Positions 23,001-31,849 of a stretch of 64,000 bases of DNA are shown in pieces. The stretch spans positions 434,001 through 498,000 of the forward strand of contig NIVC01000027.1 of the NCBI GenBank assembly GCA_002269645.1. Reading direction: 5' to 3'. This DNA comes from Macrostomum lignano (lineage: Eukaryota). The notes beneath the pieces are model-generated. The model was not told the DNA's origin. It did no database searches and saw only the letters and a list, made by a program, of their open reading frames with translations. Each line of letters starts with the position of its first letter. Position 1 is the stretch's first letter. Position numbers and translations under genes: made by a program.

Positions 23001-26000
23001 TCGCGAAATATTTTTCTGGCTTTTAACGATAATCGCATATGAAACTGATGAGACTTCACGATGACGAGTAACCCATTAGAATGTCACTGGCTGGCCGTAG
23101 CGATCCGGCGGCCGTCGCAACCTTCCGGACCTTCGAGGCTCAGGTGCAGCTTCCACCGGGTTATGAGTAGGCTGCGGGTCGTCAACCAACTCCATCTGCT
23201 CTTCCAGCACCTCGGCGACTTCCTCGGCGTCCTGTGGCGGCATCAGTTGAGGCCGAGTCCAAGTCTCGCATTCCGCCTCTGTCTCCGAGTCCGTCTCGTC
23301 GACCACCTCCGGCGGTGCCGCGGTCCTAACTGGTGTTTCCAGGGCGGCCGGTCGAGCGAACTTCCGGAGGTTGTTGAAGTGGACGAACTTCGACTTTTTA
23401 CGATTTGACGGGTTTTCCACTTTGAAGAGCACCTCGGATCTTCTTTCGAGCACCTTCACTGGGCCGAGCCAGCTTACGTGAAACTTTGCGGCTTCGTCTG
23501 GTTTCAGGGCGGGGCTGTAGACGAAGACATGGTCACCCTCCTGAATATCGGATCCTCGGGTTCTTTTATCGTACTGGTCCTTCTGTCGCCGCTGATAAGT
23601 ATTCAACTGCTGTCGAGCAGCGCGATGAGCTGTCTGCAATTTGTCTTCTAGCTCCTTGACGAAATTTACATGCGAATCGACAGGCTGTGGCGGCTGGTCA
23701 GTCAAGTCTATCGGTAGGCGCATCTCCGTGCCATAGATCATGTAGTGGGGAGTATAACCCGTTGCTCGATGCACGCTTGATCGGTACGCCATTAACGCAG
23801 AGCTGACGAATTCTTCCCAGTCGTTTCGTCCTGAGTCCTCTAGGCAGCACTTGAGGATGGATTTTAAACTTTTATTGAAGTTTTCTACTTGTCCATTTCC
23901 GCTCGGATGATAAGCTGTTGTTCTGATCCTGCACATTTCGCGCATCACTTGCGATTCGAAGTTTCTTCCTTGGTCGCTGTGCAAAGTACTCGGACACCCA
24001 TGTTGGCTAATCCATCGATTGAAAAGCGCCCTTGCCACCGTCCTTGCCTTCTGGTTGCGAAGCGGGTACGCGTCAGGCCACTTCGTAAACGAATCTTGGA
24101 CTGTCAGGAGATAAATGTTTCCAGCCTTACTCCGCGGTAGCGGCCCGACAATGTCCATCATGACGCAATCGAATGGTGCTGCGAATGTCAACGGTTGCAG
24201 GGGTGCTCGGTTTCGCTTTCCCGGCTTTGACTTGCAGCAGGTGGCACAACCGCGAATATATTCTTCAATGGCACGAGACAATCCTGGACGCCAGTAGCGC
24301 TGAAGCACTTTAAATTTTGTCTTCGCAAAGCCCATGTGGCCACCTCCCACTCCCTCGTGTAGGGTTTTCAAGATACGATCCAATGCCTTTCGTGGCAGCA
24401 CCATTTGATACTCATCGCGCCTGTCTTTGTTTCTCACAAGGAGCACGTTCTCTTGCAGCACCAGGTCGTCTTTTCGAGTCCAGACGGCTCTAGCCAGTGG
24501 ACTCCAAGCTGTCTCGCTTTTATCTGGAACTGGGTTTGAGCCAAGCGCTTCCTTTACTGTTCTCAAATCGTCGTCTTGATCCTGCTCGCTTGCCAGATTG
24601 CCGGCTGAGAATCGTTCAAATTCGACTGCATTTAGTCCTTCTGGATGCTGCGCACATGCCGGGCATGTCTCCGCTCCGAAATGTCTCCGTACTGGCTTCC
24701 TCGACATTGCGTCCGCGTTGCCATGCGATCGACCTGGTCTGTGAACGATGCGGTACTGAAATGGAGCCAACTTCTCCAACCAGCGAGCAACCTGTCCCTC
24801 GGCGTCACTGAAGTTTTTTAACCATTGCAGGCTGCTGTGGTCCGTTCGCAGACAGAACGCTTTTCCAAGCAGATAGTATCTGAACTTCATGATGAAAGTC
24901 ACAACCGCTAGTAGTTCTAAACGAGTCGTACAATAGTTGCGTTCGGCTTGATTTAGTGTCTTGGACCCATAGGCGATCACTCGTTCTGCTCCATCTGGCT
25001 GGACTTGAGAAAGTACCGCTCCTATGCCCATCTTCGAACTGCCATCAGTATCGAGGATAAACTCTCCGGCATCCGGGGAGAAATCCGGATGAGCCATAAC
25101 CTCTGAACTTGTCATTCGTTCCTTCAATGTTTCGAACGCCAGCTGCTGTTCCGTTTTCCATTCAAACTTTGCGTCTTTTGTTGTCAATCGAGTTAGAGGC
25201 GCTGCTATTGCGGCGAAATCTTTAATAAACTTTCTGTAATAGCCACACAGGCCCAAGAATGAATGCAGCTCCGTCGAGGATCGCGGTGTTGGCCAGTTCT
25301 TCACTTCTTGAACTTTCTCCTCATCGGTACTGATGCCAGCAGCCGACAGCGTGTGACCGAGAAATTTCACTTGCTTTTGCAAAAAGTGACACTTCTGGGG
25401 CTTCAGGCACAAATTTGCTTGCCGCAACTTGCTGAATATTTCCTCCAGTCTTCTCAGGTGTTCATCCACGTCGGTTGACCAAACCAGTAGATCGTCGATG
25501 TAGACGAGACAGGTTTTCCACATCTGCTTGTCCAGAACGGCTGCCATCAACCTGGTGAATGTTGCTGGGCTGTTCACTAAGCCGAACGGCATAACCTTCC
25601 ATCGAAATTGTCCGCGATGCGGCACTGCAAACGCCGTCTTGTCCTGATCCTGAGGTCTCACCCCTACTTGCCAAAACCCGCTGTGAAGGTCCATTGTCGA
25701 GAAGATCTTGGCGCCGTGTACTGCCTCCAGCGCATCATCGACCCTCGGCATCGGCACTGCATCCTTGACGGTGACCTCATTCAACTTCCGATAATCGACG
25801 CACATCCTCATTTCCCCTGATTTCTTCTTTACGCACACCAAAGGAAAGCACCATGGTGACTGTGCTTCTTCGATCTGCCCCTTTTCCAGCAACTCGTTGA
25901 CTTGACGATCTACTTCTGGCTGTAAGTGGGGAGGCAGACGACGCGGTGGGATCTTGATTGGGCGCGCATTCTCGGTGTTAATTTCATGCTCCACCACGGT

Positions 26001-29000
26001 AGTTAACTTGCTTGAAATCTGCTTGGTCGTGAACACATCGCTGTAACTCCGGACAAGGATTCTAAATTCTTCGTCTTCTTTCGTCGACAGTCCACAGTCG
26101 CCGTACGAGTTTGGTAGCAAGTCTGCTTCCGAAGGGCTGTTGCTGCCTTGGACCTTCGGCTCTTCCTGTGGATCGTCTCCTGACTCTACGGCTAAGAGCT
26201 TGATGGTGTTCAACGGTTCGGTGGATTCTAGGGGGCAGAACCACCCGAGCGTACAACCTTGGCGAATTCTGACTGGCTCTTCCGTGATATTGATGAGTCG
26301 AGTCGGCAGACGGCTGCCGCTATTTGGGATCACTAAGGCCTTAGCAAGCCAGCGGCCAGCTGCCAAATCGTTCGCTCCGAGATTCTCAGTTAGACCGACA
26401 CACCCTCTGTTCCGTCGTCCTTTGCTCTCCAGCCTTGCTGACAGAACTGCTTGATGACCTGGCGGTATTGTGCTGGACCTTGTCGCCAAAATTCTGCAAA
26501 CGATCGGGCGCTCAGCTTGCCATCGGAACGGGATTGCAGTGTCCTGCACTGAAAAGACAGCTGTCTTGTAGTCGATAACGCAACTGTTGTCCCTGCAGAA
26601 GTCGGATCCCAATACCAGTTGGTACTTCACTCCGCTGACTACCAAGGCTGGAGTATCTATTACTTTATCAGCGATTGACAGTCGCAACAGGACTGTTCTC
26701 TCGATTTCGATCGGGCTGCCGTTTGCTAAGCTAACATAGCCTTCAGCACCGGCCAAATCTCTGACGCTCTGTTTCGGCATACTTTGGTAAGCTTCCCGTG
26801 AGATAATGGTGCAGGAAGCTCCCGAGTCCACTAGCGCGTTCACCCTCCGCCCTGCGATTGAGGCCGTAACATATATCGACGCAGGATTGATTTGAATTGA
26901 CTGAGGTGCGTTGACGGTGATTGGGCGCTGCGACTGTGCAAAACCGGCTAGTTGATGGTGAGGTGCAGTACCGGACGCTGGAGGCTGATGAGGCACTGTA
27001 ACGGACACTGGATGCTGATGAGACTCAGTACCGGACACTGTAGGCTGATGAGGCGCAGTACCGGACACTGGAGGCTGATGAGGCACTGTACCGGACACTG
27101 GATGCTGATGAGACACAGTACCGGACACTGGAGGCTGATGAGACGCTGTACCGGACACTGGATGCTGATGAGGCACTGTACCGGACACTGGAGGCTGATG
27201 AGGCGCAGTACCGGACACTGGATGCTGATGAGGCGCAGTACCGGACGCTGGAGGCTGATGAGGCGCAGTACCGGACACTGGATGCTGATGAGGCGCAGTA
27301 CCGGACACTGAATGCTGATGAGGCGCAGTACCGGACACTGGAGGCTGATGAGGCGCAGTACCGGACACTGGAGGCTGATGAGGCACTGTACCGGACACTG
27401 GATGCTGATGAGATGAAGTACCGGACACTGGATGCTGATGAGGCGCAGTACCGGACACTGGATGCTGATGAGGCGCAGTACCGGACACTGGATGCTGATG
27501 AGCCGCAGTACCGGACGCTGGATGCTGATGAGATGAAGTACCGGACACTGGATGCTGATGAGGCGCAGTACCCGACACTGGATGCTGATGAGGCGCAGTA
27601 CCGGACACTGGATGCTGATGAGCCGCAGTACCGGACGCTGGAGGCTGATGAGGCACTGTAACGGACACTGGATGCTGATGAGACTCAGTACCGGACACTG
27701 TAGGCTGATGAGGCGCAGTACCGGACACTGGAGGCTGATGAGGCACTGTACCGGACACTGGATGCTGATGAGACACAGTACCGGACACTGGAGGCTGATG
27801 AGACGCTGTACCGGACGCTGGAGGCTGATGAGGCGCAGTACCGGACACTGGAGGCTGATGAGGCGCAGTACCGGACACTGGATGCTGATGAGGCGCAGTA
27901 CCGGACACTGGAGGCTGATGAGATGAAGTACCGGACACTGGATGCTGATGAGGCGCAGTACCGGGCGTTTGATGATGATGAGATGAGATGACGACTTGTT
28001 CGGAGGCTGACGAATTGCAGGGGCTCACTTGCCTCCAGCTGGTGGGCCCCTCTTGCCTTTTCCCGGCTTTGGGCACTGGAATGAGAGATGGCCTATCTCC
28101 CCGCAGTTGTAGCACTTGACACCGCTACGCTGCTTCGAGCTGGACGGAGCCGCCTGCTTGGATTGTTGCTTGTCTTGAAGGCCGGGTTCGGGCGGCTCCT
28201 GCTGGCCCTGCTGCATCTGCTCCATCCGTCGGATCTTTTCTTCCATTTCCTTTACTTTTTGACGCAGTTGCCGTAGCTCCTCGTCTTTGCCGGTGTCACC
28301 TGTCGACGTTTCGGTGGCAAAGGCATTCAGCCCAGCCCTGGGTCTGGCTTTGGACTGGGTCGAAGACGCCTTCTGGGCTGCTTCAAGTTGTCTTACTGTT
28401 CGAATGGCATCGGTGAGGTTGGCCGTCTGCTGCAGGTACAGTCTTTCTCGGACAGTGTCGGTTACTCGAACACCTTTTAGAAATCTGTCTTTCGCCAGCT
28501 CTGTCCTGGTGTCGGCATCCGCGGTGGGGAAGGCATTGCGCACCAACTCCAGCAGCTCGTCCCCGTAGGTCTCCACAGACTCCTTGTCTAGCTGATCTCG
28601 ATTCGATAATTCAAAACGGTAGTCCTGGGCTGTTCTGTTCATGGTGAACCGCGCCAGCAGTGCATCCGTGAATTCCCCGTACTCGATGTCGTCTGCCAAG
28701 TCCAGCTTATCAACGGCAGCGTAGGCTGTTGTGAGGTCGAGTAGGCCGATCAGGTGCGGCCGCCTGGCTTCTTCTTCTATACCGACAGCCTCGCAGTACT
28801 CGTTGAAACTCTGCAGCCATAGGCTGAAATTCATCGTTGGTATGTACTTGGGCGGCTTCGAGAGTCGTGGCGCTGCTCGGTCGGCGTTGGCTCTGAGGCG
28901 CGCAGCCAGCGCATCGATCAGTTGGTCCATAGCTTGATCACCCATGGCCGAAGTCACTGAATACCGTTGCTACTCTTTACTCTGAGGTGGTGATAGCTAT

Positions 29001-31730
29001 CAATCTCTGATAACCAATCAGTTGTCTGTCACCGTGATCAATGTCTTTTGCGGTAGGGCAATAGCCGCAGGCGATAAGCAAAAGTCGTTTTAATAAGAAA
29101 AACGCTCACAATATGACAGCAATTTTCATAGAAAGCAACTGAGCCGACTTTCAATCTTTGGGGACAGGGTCCCTGTTCGGGCGCCAATTTGTTGTAACCC
29201 GGGTCGGCTTGGGTGCCCAGTCCCGAGTACAATATATATTATATGTGATATAACAGGCGTTGTGACGCTCTGTCTGTACTTTTATGAATACGACGAGCAG
29301 GCGTGGCGACGCTCTGCGATAATAATTTGATCCCTCTGGTGTTGTGACACTCAGAGTTCACGCTGCGGCTCGAGGTGTGGTGACACTCTCGAGTGCTTCT
29401 ATTCTCTATACCGTAGGGCGTACGCAATATATGGTAAACGGTACCGTACTACAGAAGCTATATGGTCTCCCGGCGTTATGACGCTCTGGCAAGAATTCGG
29501 CCTAGCAAGCTTCCCGGAAAGAAAGGACTCAAACAGCAGGCGGCTTACCAGTGGCCAGATGACTGTTCACCGTTTATTATTCGCAGGTCTCAAGCGCAGT
29601 TTCCGACTTCTTCTTAATTCTCCAAGACTCTTCTCAATTAGGCTATTGTGTTTCTTTTATCGAAGTAGCTAATGTTGCTGTTTCTTTTATCAGGTCTCGC
29701 GCTTGCACTCTCGGAGCACACCAAAACACAAAAAGCACGCAGGTGGTGGGCAAGAGCCAGAGTCGCACCATAAATAGCACCCAAACCCTGGGGCAGACGG
29801 CCCCACCGGCTAAGCTCACCAAAACAAACCACGCCGGCCCAGCCAATCAAAACCCCGCCTAAGGGGGGAGGAGCTGCACCCGCGCCAAAGCTGGCCCGGC
29901 CGCAGCCAACCAGCCCTGAGCACGGGGCAGGGGCACGGCTGGGGAGGGGCACGCGCAAAGCCCGGCCGGGGCCAGACCCTGCCACGCCCGCCAACCCCCC
30001 CAACCAGCCCCAAAGTGCAACGCGCCCTGCCAACTGACAAGGGCGCATGCACTACACTTGGAATCATCCAGGTTTCTTAGAATCAGTTAATAGGTATTTT
30101 TAGAATTTGTTTGGATTTCTTAGAATCTGTCACGAGATTTATCAAAATCTGTTAAGAGTGACTCTGCTTAATTCTTTCTTAAAATCTGCGTAACGATTTC
30201 TTAGAATTTGTTCAAATGTTTCTTAGAATCCGTTAAGAGGTTTCTTAGAATCCGTTAAGAGGTTTCTTAGAATCCGTTAAGAGGTTTCTTAGAATCCGTT
30301 AAGAGGTTTCTTAGAATCCGTTAAGAGGTTTCTTAGAATCCGTTAAGAGGTTTCTTAGAATCCGTTAAGAGGTTTCTTAGAATCCGTTAAGAGGTTTCTT
30401 AGAATCCGTTAAGAGGTTTCTTAGAATCCGTTAAGAGGTTTCTTAGAATCCGTTAAGAGGTTTCTTAGAATCCGTTAAGAGGTTTTTTTAGAATCCGTTA
30501 AGAGATTTCTTAGAATCCGTTAAGAGGTTTCTTAGAATCCGTTAAGAGGTTTTTTAGAATCCGTTAAGAGGTTTTTTAGAATCCGTTAAGAGGTTCCTTA
30601 GAATCCGTTAAGAGCTTTCTTAGAATCCGTTAAGAGGTTTCTTAGAATCCGTTAAGAGGTTTCTTAGAATCCGTTAAGAGGTTTCTTAGAATCCGTTAAG
30701 AGGTTTCTTAGAATCCGTTAAGAGGTTTTTTTAGAATCCGTTAATAGGTTTCTTAGAATCCGTTAATAGGTTTCTTAGAATCCGTTAAGAGATTTCTTAG
30801 AATCCGTTAAGAGGTTTTTTAGAATCCGTTAAGAGGTTTCTTAGAATCCGTTAAGAGGTTTCTTAGAATCCGTTAAGAGGTTTCTTAGAATCCGTTAAGA
30901 GGTTTCTTAGAATCCGTTAAGAGGTTTCTTAGAATCCGTTAAGAGGTTTCTTAGAATCCGTTAAGAGGTTTCTTAGAATCCGTTAAGAGGTTTCTTAGAA
31001 TCCGCTAATAGGTATTTTTAGAATTCGTTTGGATTTCTTAGAATCTGTCACGAGATTTCTCAAAATCTGTTAAGAGTGACTCTGCTCAATGCTTTCTTAA
31101 AATCTGCGTAACGATTTCTTAGAATTTGTTCAAATGTTTCTTAGAATCCGTTAAGAGGTTTCTTAGAATCAGTTTAGAGGTTTTATAAACCCAAATTTTT
31201 GTTCATCATTGTGATTGATAAAAAGATTTAATAAAATTAACTAATACAACAATTTTAGTTTCCCAGAAATAGAAAGTACAATGCTAGAAGAAAGCTTCAG
31301 AACTTTAAAGGTAAGCAGAGCTAAGCAGAGTACAGCTAAAAGAAAAAAAATTCAACAACACACTCACCGGACACAGCATCATATAAGACAGGATGAAGCA
31401 AGTCTGCAGCAGTCCAGAATCTTTGAAATCAACTTTAAAACTGCTTTTAATTCTGTGCAAGACAGCTGCCACTGTGCTTCGATCGGCATAATTTAACAAA
31501 TTCACAAGGCAGAGCAACCCGGCTGAGACGTATGCAGAGCCGCCGCTGCATCTACGGTGATGCCGCTCAGTAACTAGCGGTGCCTCATCTTCATCCGAAG
31601 CTAATGTTGATGAAGAAGATGAGGCATTTGCACCAGCATCTGACTGAGTCTGGGATGCCAGAGCTACGTAACGTCTGTGAGAGCCGCTTTGCGCCCTGGA
31701 GTCATCCAGCAGACTTGAACTGCTGGCCAT
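17093..31730 (-). CDS. SPNS1: Spinster-family MFS lysosomal transporter, 543 aa
   Basis: Exons 31730-31368, 19761-19498, 18359-18011 and 17748-17093 join in frame with GT-AG sites (1632 nt). Motifs: LLNYADRSTVAAVL, FGYLGDR, RSLVGVGEASYATVSAPIIADLF, WNWALRVTPPLG, RATATGLSLLSSHLLGDATSPYLLG. The SPNS paralog assignment is approximate. Confidence 0.9.
17749..17960. repeat. Diverged ~45-50 bp repeat in spinster intron 3
   Basis: About 4-5 copies of CAGACGGCAGCCAAT(A/C)AGAA...CACC on the minus strand; the last copy includes the real acceptor. Confidence 0.75.
18835..19440. repeat. Minisatellite, 24-bp unit GGGATCAGGGAAAGGGGTCACTGA, spinster intron 2
   Basis: About 25 copies read directly. Confidence 0.95.
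19996..20862 (-). repeat. 3' LTR (867 bp)
   Basis: No difference from 29190-30056 found by eye, and the ORF-track peptides are identical. On the minus strand: TATTTAT at 20582-20576 and AATAAA at 20384-20379; CCAAT box at ~20651-20655. Confidence 0.95.
20863..20874 (-). other. Polypurine tract AGGAGGGGAGGG
   Basis: Purine run abutting the TG start of the 3' LTR on the minus strand. Confidence 0.85.
21115..21580. repeat. GC-rich tandem repeats (~20/40-bp units) in the element's 3' UTR
   Basis: GCCGACAGGACGCGCAGATG and GCCGCCGCAGAAGCCGGCAGGAAGCGCA units; they generate many overlapping repetitive ORFs. Confidence 0.85.
21705..22652 (-). CDS. J-domain (DnaJ/Hsp40 type C) protein carried by the retrotransposon, 315 aa
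   Basis: MDLYAVLQV...EIRRVYRQLALFWHPDKHPDKELAGRRFQEIETAGRILSCPYRRAMYDQLG is a complete J domain with HPD. An acidic tract and a helical C-terminal region follow. The ORF is intronless and lies between pol and the 3' LTR. Confidence 0.9.
   Translation of the reverse strand: MDLYAVLQVGHTAERAEIRRVYRQLALFWHPDKHPDKELAGRRFQEIETAGRILSCPYRRAMYDQLGDKSIPYDEAVTFAMTFIPPTGVRMPADIEEGVQQRREVEEAQRKEAGLRQGRQGQRNDYEADGYILISDDDESEESDECSIDTEEEDELLASDGSSGSSESEAMEIDVPESKEVVSHRASGAIWDDEKLSLSAAARQLRHRLMKHILAGQSDGIVSVLTVMRRLFRDSQREPRSALSMVLLQALFFIRRDIAPVKRQRAGRRYWSRQSFDCFVRQLCHELIPLFGLRRPGRLLEVLKSCVGLPGLRVR
23076..28115 (-). CDS. pol: Pol polyprotein (repeat spacer, aspartic protease, RT, RNase H, integrase)
   Basis: PR LVDSGAS; RT LVYIDDLLV; RNase H LDTDGS...NYCTTRLELLAV; IN H-H-C-C (LHEGVGGGH...CATC), MDIVGP...HSDQGRNF...QVENFN; C-terminal WLGP motif. 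The ORF is in the -1 frame relative to gag. Confidence 0.95.
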   Translation of the reverse strand: MLQLRGDRPSLIPVPKAGKRQEGPTSWRQVSPCNSSASEQVVISSHHHQTPGTAPHQHPVSGTSSHQPPVSGTAPHQHPVSGTAPHQPPVSGTAPHQPPASGTASHQPPVSGTVSHQHPVSGTVPHQPPVSGTAPHQPTVSGTESHQHPVSVTVPHQPPASGTAAHQHPVSGTAPHQHPVSGTAPHQHPVSGTSSHQHPASGTAAHQHPVSGTAPHQHPVSGTAPHQHPVSGTSSHQHPVSGTVPHQPPVSGTAPHQPPVSGTAPHQHSVSGTAPHQHPVSGTAPHQPPASGTAPHQHPVSGTAPHQPPVSGTVPHQHPVSGTASHQPPVSGTVSHQHPVSGTVPHQPPVSGTAPHQPTVSGTESHQHPVSVTVPHQPPASGTAPHHQLAGFAQSQRPITVNAPQSIQINPASIYVTASIAGRRVNALVDSGASCTIISREAYQSMPKQSVRDLAGAEGYVSLANGSPIEIERTVLLRLSIADKVIDTPALVVSGVKYQLVLGSDFCRDNSCVIDYKTAVFSVQDTAIPFRWQAERPIVCRILATRSSTIPPGHQAVLSARLESKGRRNRGCVGLTENLGANDLAAGRWLAKALVIPNSGSRLPTRLINITEEPVRIRQGCTLGWFCPLESTEPLNTIKLLAVESGDDPQEEPKVQGSNSPSEADLLPNSYGDCGLSTKEDEEFRILVRSYSDVFTTKQISSKLTTVVEHEINTENARPIKIPPRRLPPHLQPEVDRQVNELLEKGQIEEAQSPWCFPLVCVKKKSGEMRMCVDYRKLNEVTVKDAVPMPRVDDALEAVHGAKIFSTMDLHSGFWQVGVRPQDQDKTAFAVPHRGQFRWKVMPFGLVNSPATFTRLMAAVLDKQMWKTCLVYIDDLLVWSTDVDEHLRRLEEIFSKLRQANLCLKPQKCHFLQKQVKFLGHTLSAAGISTDEEKVQEVKNWPTPRSSTELHSFLGLCGYYRKFIKDFAAIAAPLTRLTTKDAKFEWKTEQQLAFETLKERMTSSEVMAHPDFSPDAGEFILDTDGSSKMGIGAVLSQVQPDGAERVIAYGSKTLNQAERNYCTTRLELLAVVTFIMKFRYYLLGKAFCLRTDHSSLQWLKNFSDAEGQVARWLEKLAPFQYRIVHRPGRSHGNADAMSRKPVRRHFGAETCPACAQHPEGLNAVEFERFSAGNLASEQDQDDDLRTVKEALGSNPVPDKSETAWSPLARAVWTRKDDLVLQENVLLVRNKDRRDEYQMVLPRKALDRILKTLHEGVGGGHMGFAKTKFKVLQRYWRPGLSRAIEEYIRGCATCCKSKPGKRNRAPLQPLTFAAPFDCVMMDIVGPLPRSKAGNIYLLTVQDSFTKWPDAYPLRNQKARTVARALFNRWISQHGCPSTLHSDQGRNFESQVMREMCRIRTTAYHPSGNGQVENFNKSLKSILKCCLEDSGRNDWEEFVSSALMAYRSSVHRATGYTPHYMIYGTEMRLPIDLTDQPPQPVDSHVNFVKELEDKLQTAHRAARQQLNTYQRRQKDQYDKRTRGSDIQEGDHVFVYSPALKPDEAAKFHVSWLGPVKVLERRSEVLFKVENPSNRKKSKFVHFNNLRKFARPAALETPVRTAAPPEVVDETDSETEAECETWTRPQLMPPQDAEEVAEVLEEQMELVDDPQPTHNPVEAAPEPRRSGRLRRPPDRYGQPVTF
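26953..27970. repeat. Coding 27-bp tandem repeat (~37 x 9-aa HQ[H/P]PVSGT[A/V/S][P/S])
   Basis: Read directly in the DNA and in the 1679-aa ORF, upstream of the protease. Confidence 0.95.
28025..28945 (-). CDS. gag: Gag (capsid-like region + CCHC zinc knuckle)
   Basis: First ATG at 28945 (the ORF track starts at GTG 28957); helical capsid-like region with a RDQ..ESV..Y motif; CYNCGEIGHLSFQC knuckle; TGA at 28027-28025. Confidence 0.9.
   Translation of the reverse strand: MGDQAMDQLIDALAARLRANADRAAPRLSKPPKYIPTMNFSLWLQSFNEYCEAVGIEEEARRPHLIGLLDLTTAYAAVDKLDLADDIEYGEFTDALLARFTMNRTAQDYRFELSNRDQLDKESVETYGDELLELVRNAFPTADADTRTELAKDRFLKGVRVTDTVRERLYLQQTANLTDAIRTVRQLEAAQKASSTQSKARPRAGLNAFATETSTGDTGKDEELRQLRQKVKEMEEKIRRMEQMQQGQQEPPEPGLQDKQQSKQAAPSSSKQRSGVKCYNCGEIGHLSFQCPKPGKGKRGPPAGGK
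29169..29186 (-). other. Primer binding site for tRNA-Lys(UUU)
   Basis: TGGCGCCCGAACAGGGAC lies 3 nt after the 5' LTR; this is the canonical 18-nt tRNA-Lys3 PBS (as in HIV-1). Confidence 0.92.
29190..30056 (-). repeat. 5' LTR (867 bp)
   Basis: Direct repeat of 19996-20862; followed by the PBS on the minus strand. Confidence 0.95.
30220..31010. repeat. Minisatellite, 22-bp unit TTAGAATCCGTTAAGAGGTTTC, spinster intron 1
   Basis: About 36 copies; degenerate relatives also occur at ~19860-19995 on the other side of the retrotransposon. Confidence 0.95.
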
Positions 31731-31849
31731 GACGCTGATGAAAATGATTCAATACAACAGATACAGATATAGATAGAAACAGGTGCGAGTGCCCTGCCCA
31801 CACACACACAGGGTCTGCTACTGAACAGGTTCTAGAGGTTCTATAGATC

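Larger units (their letters stand above)
19996..30056 (-). mobile_element. Full-length Ty3/gypsy LTR retrotransposon (10,061 bp): gag, pol and an extra J-domain ORF
   Basis: LTRs 19996-20862 and 29190-30056 (constant offset 9194, TG...CA ends); 4-bp TSD CTTG at 19992-19995 and 30057-30060; PBS, PPT and PR-RT-RH-IN order all present. Confidence 0.97.

Noticed and set aside
23040-23075. CTGATGAG as a hammerhead ribozyme core
   Set aside because: No downstream GAAA or compatible stems; other CTGATGAG hits lie within coding repeats.
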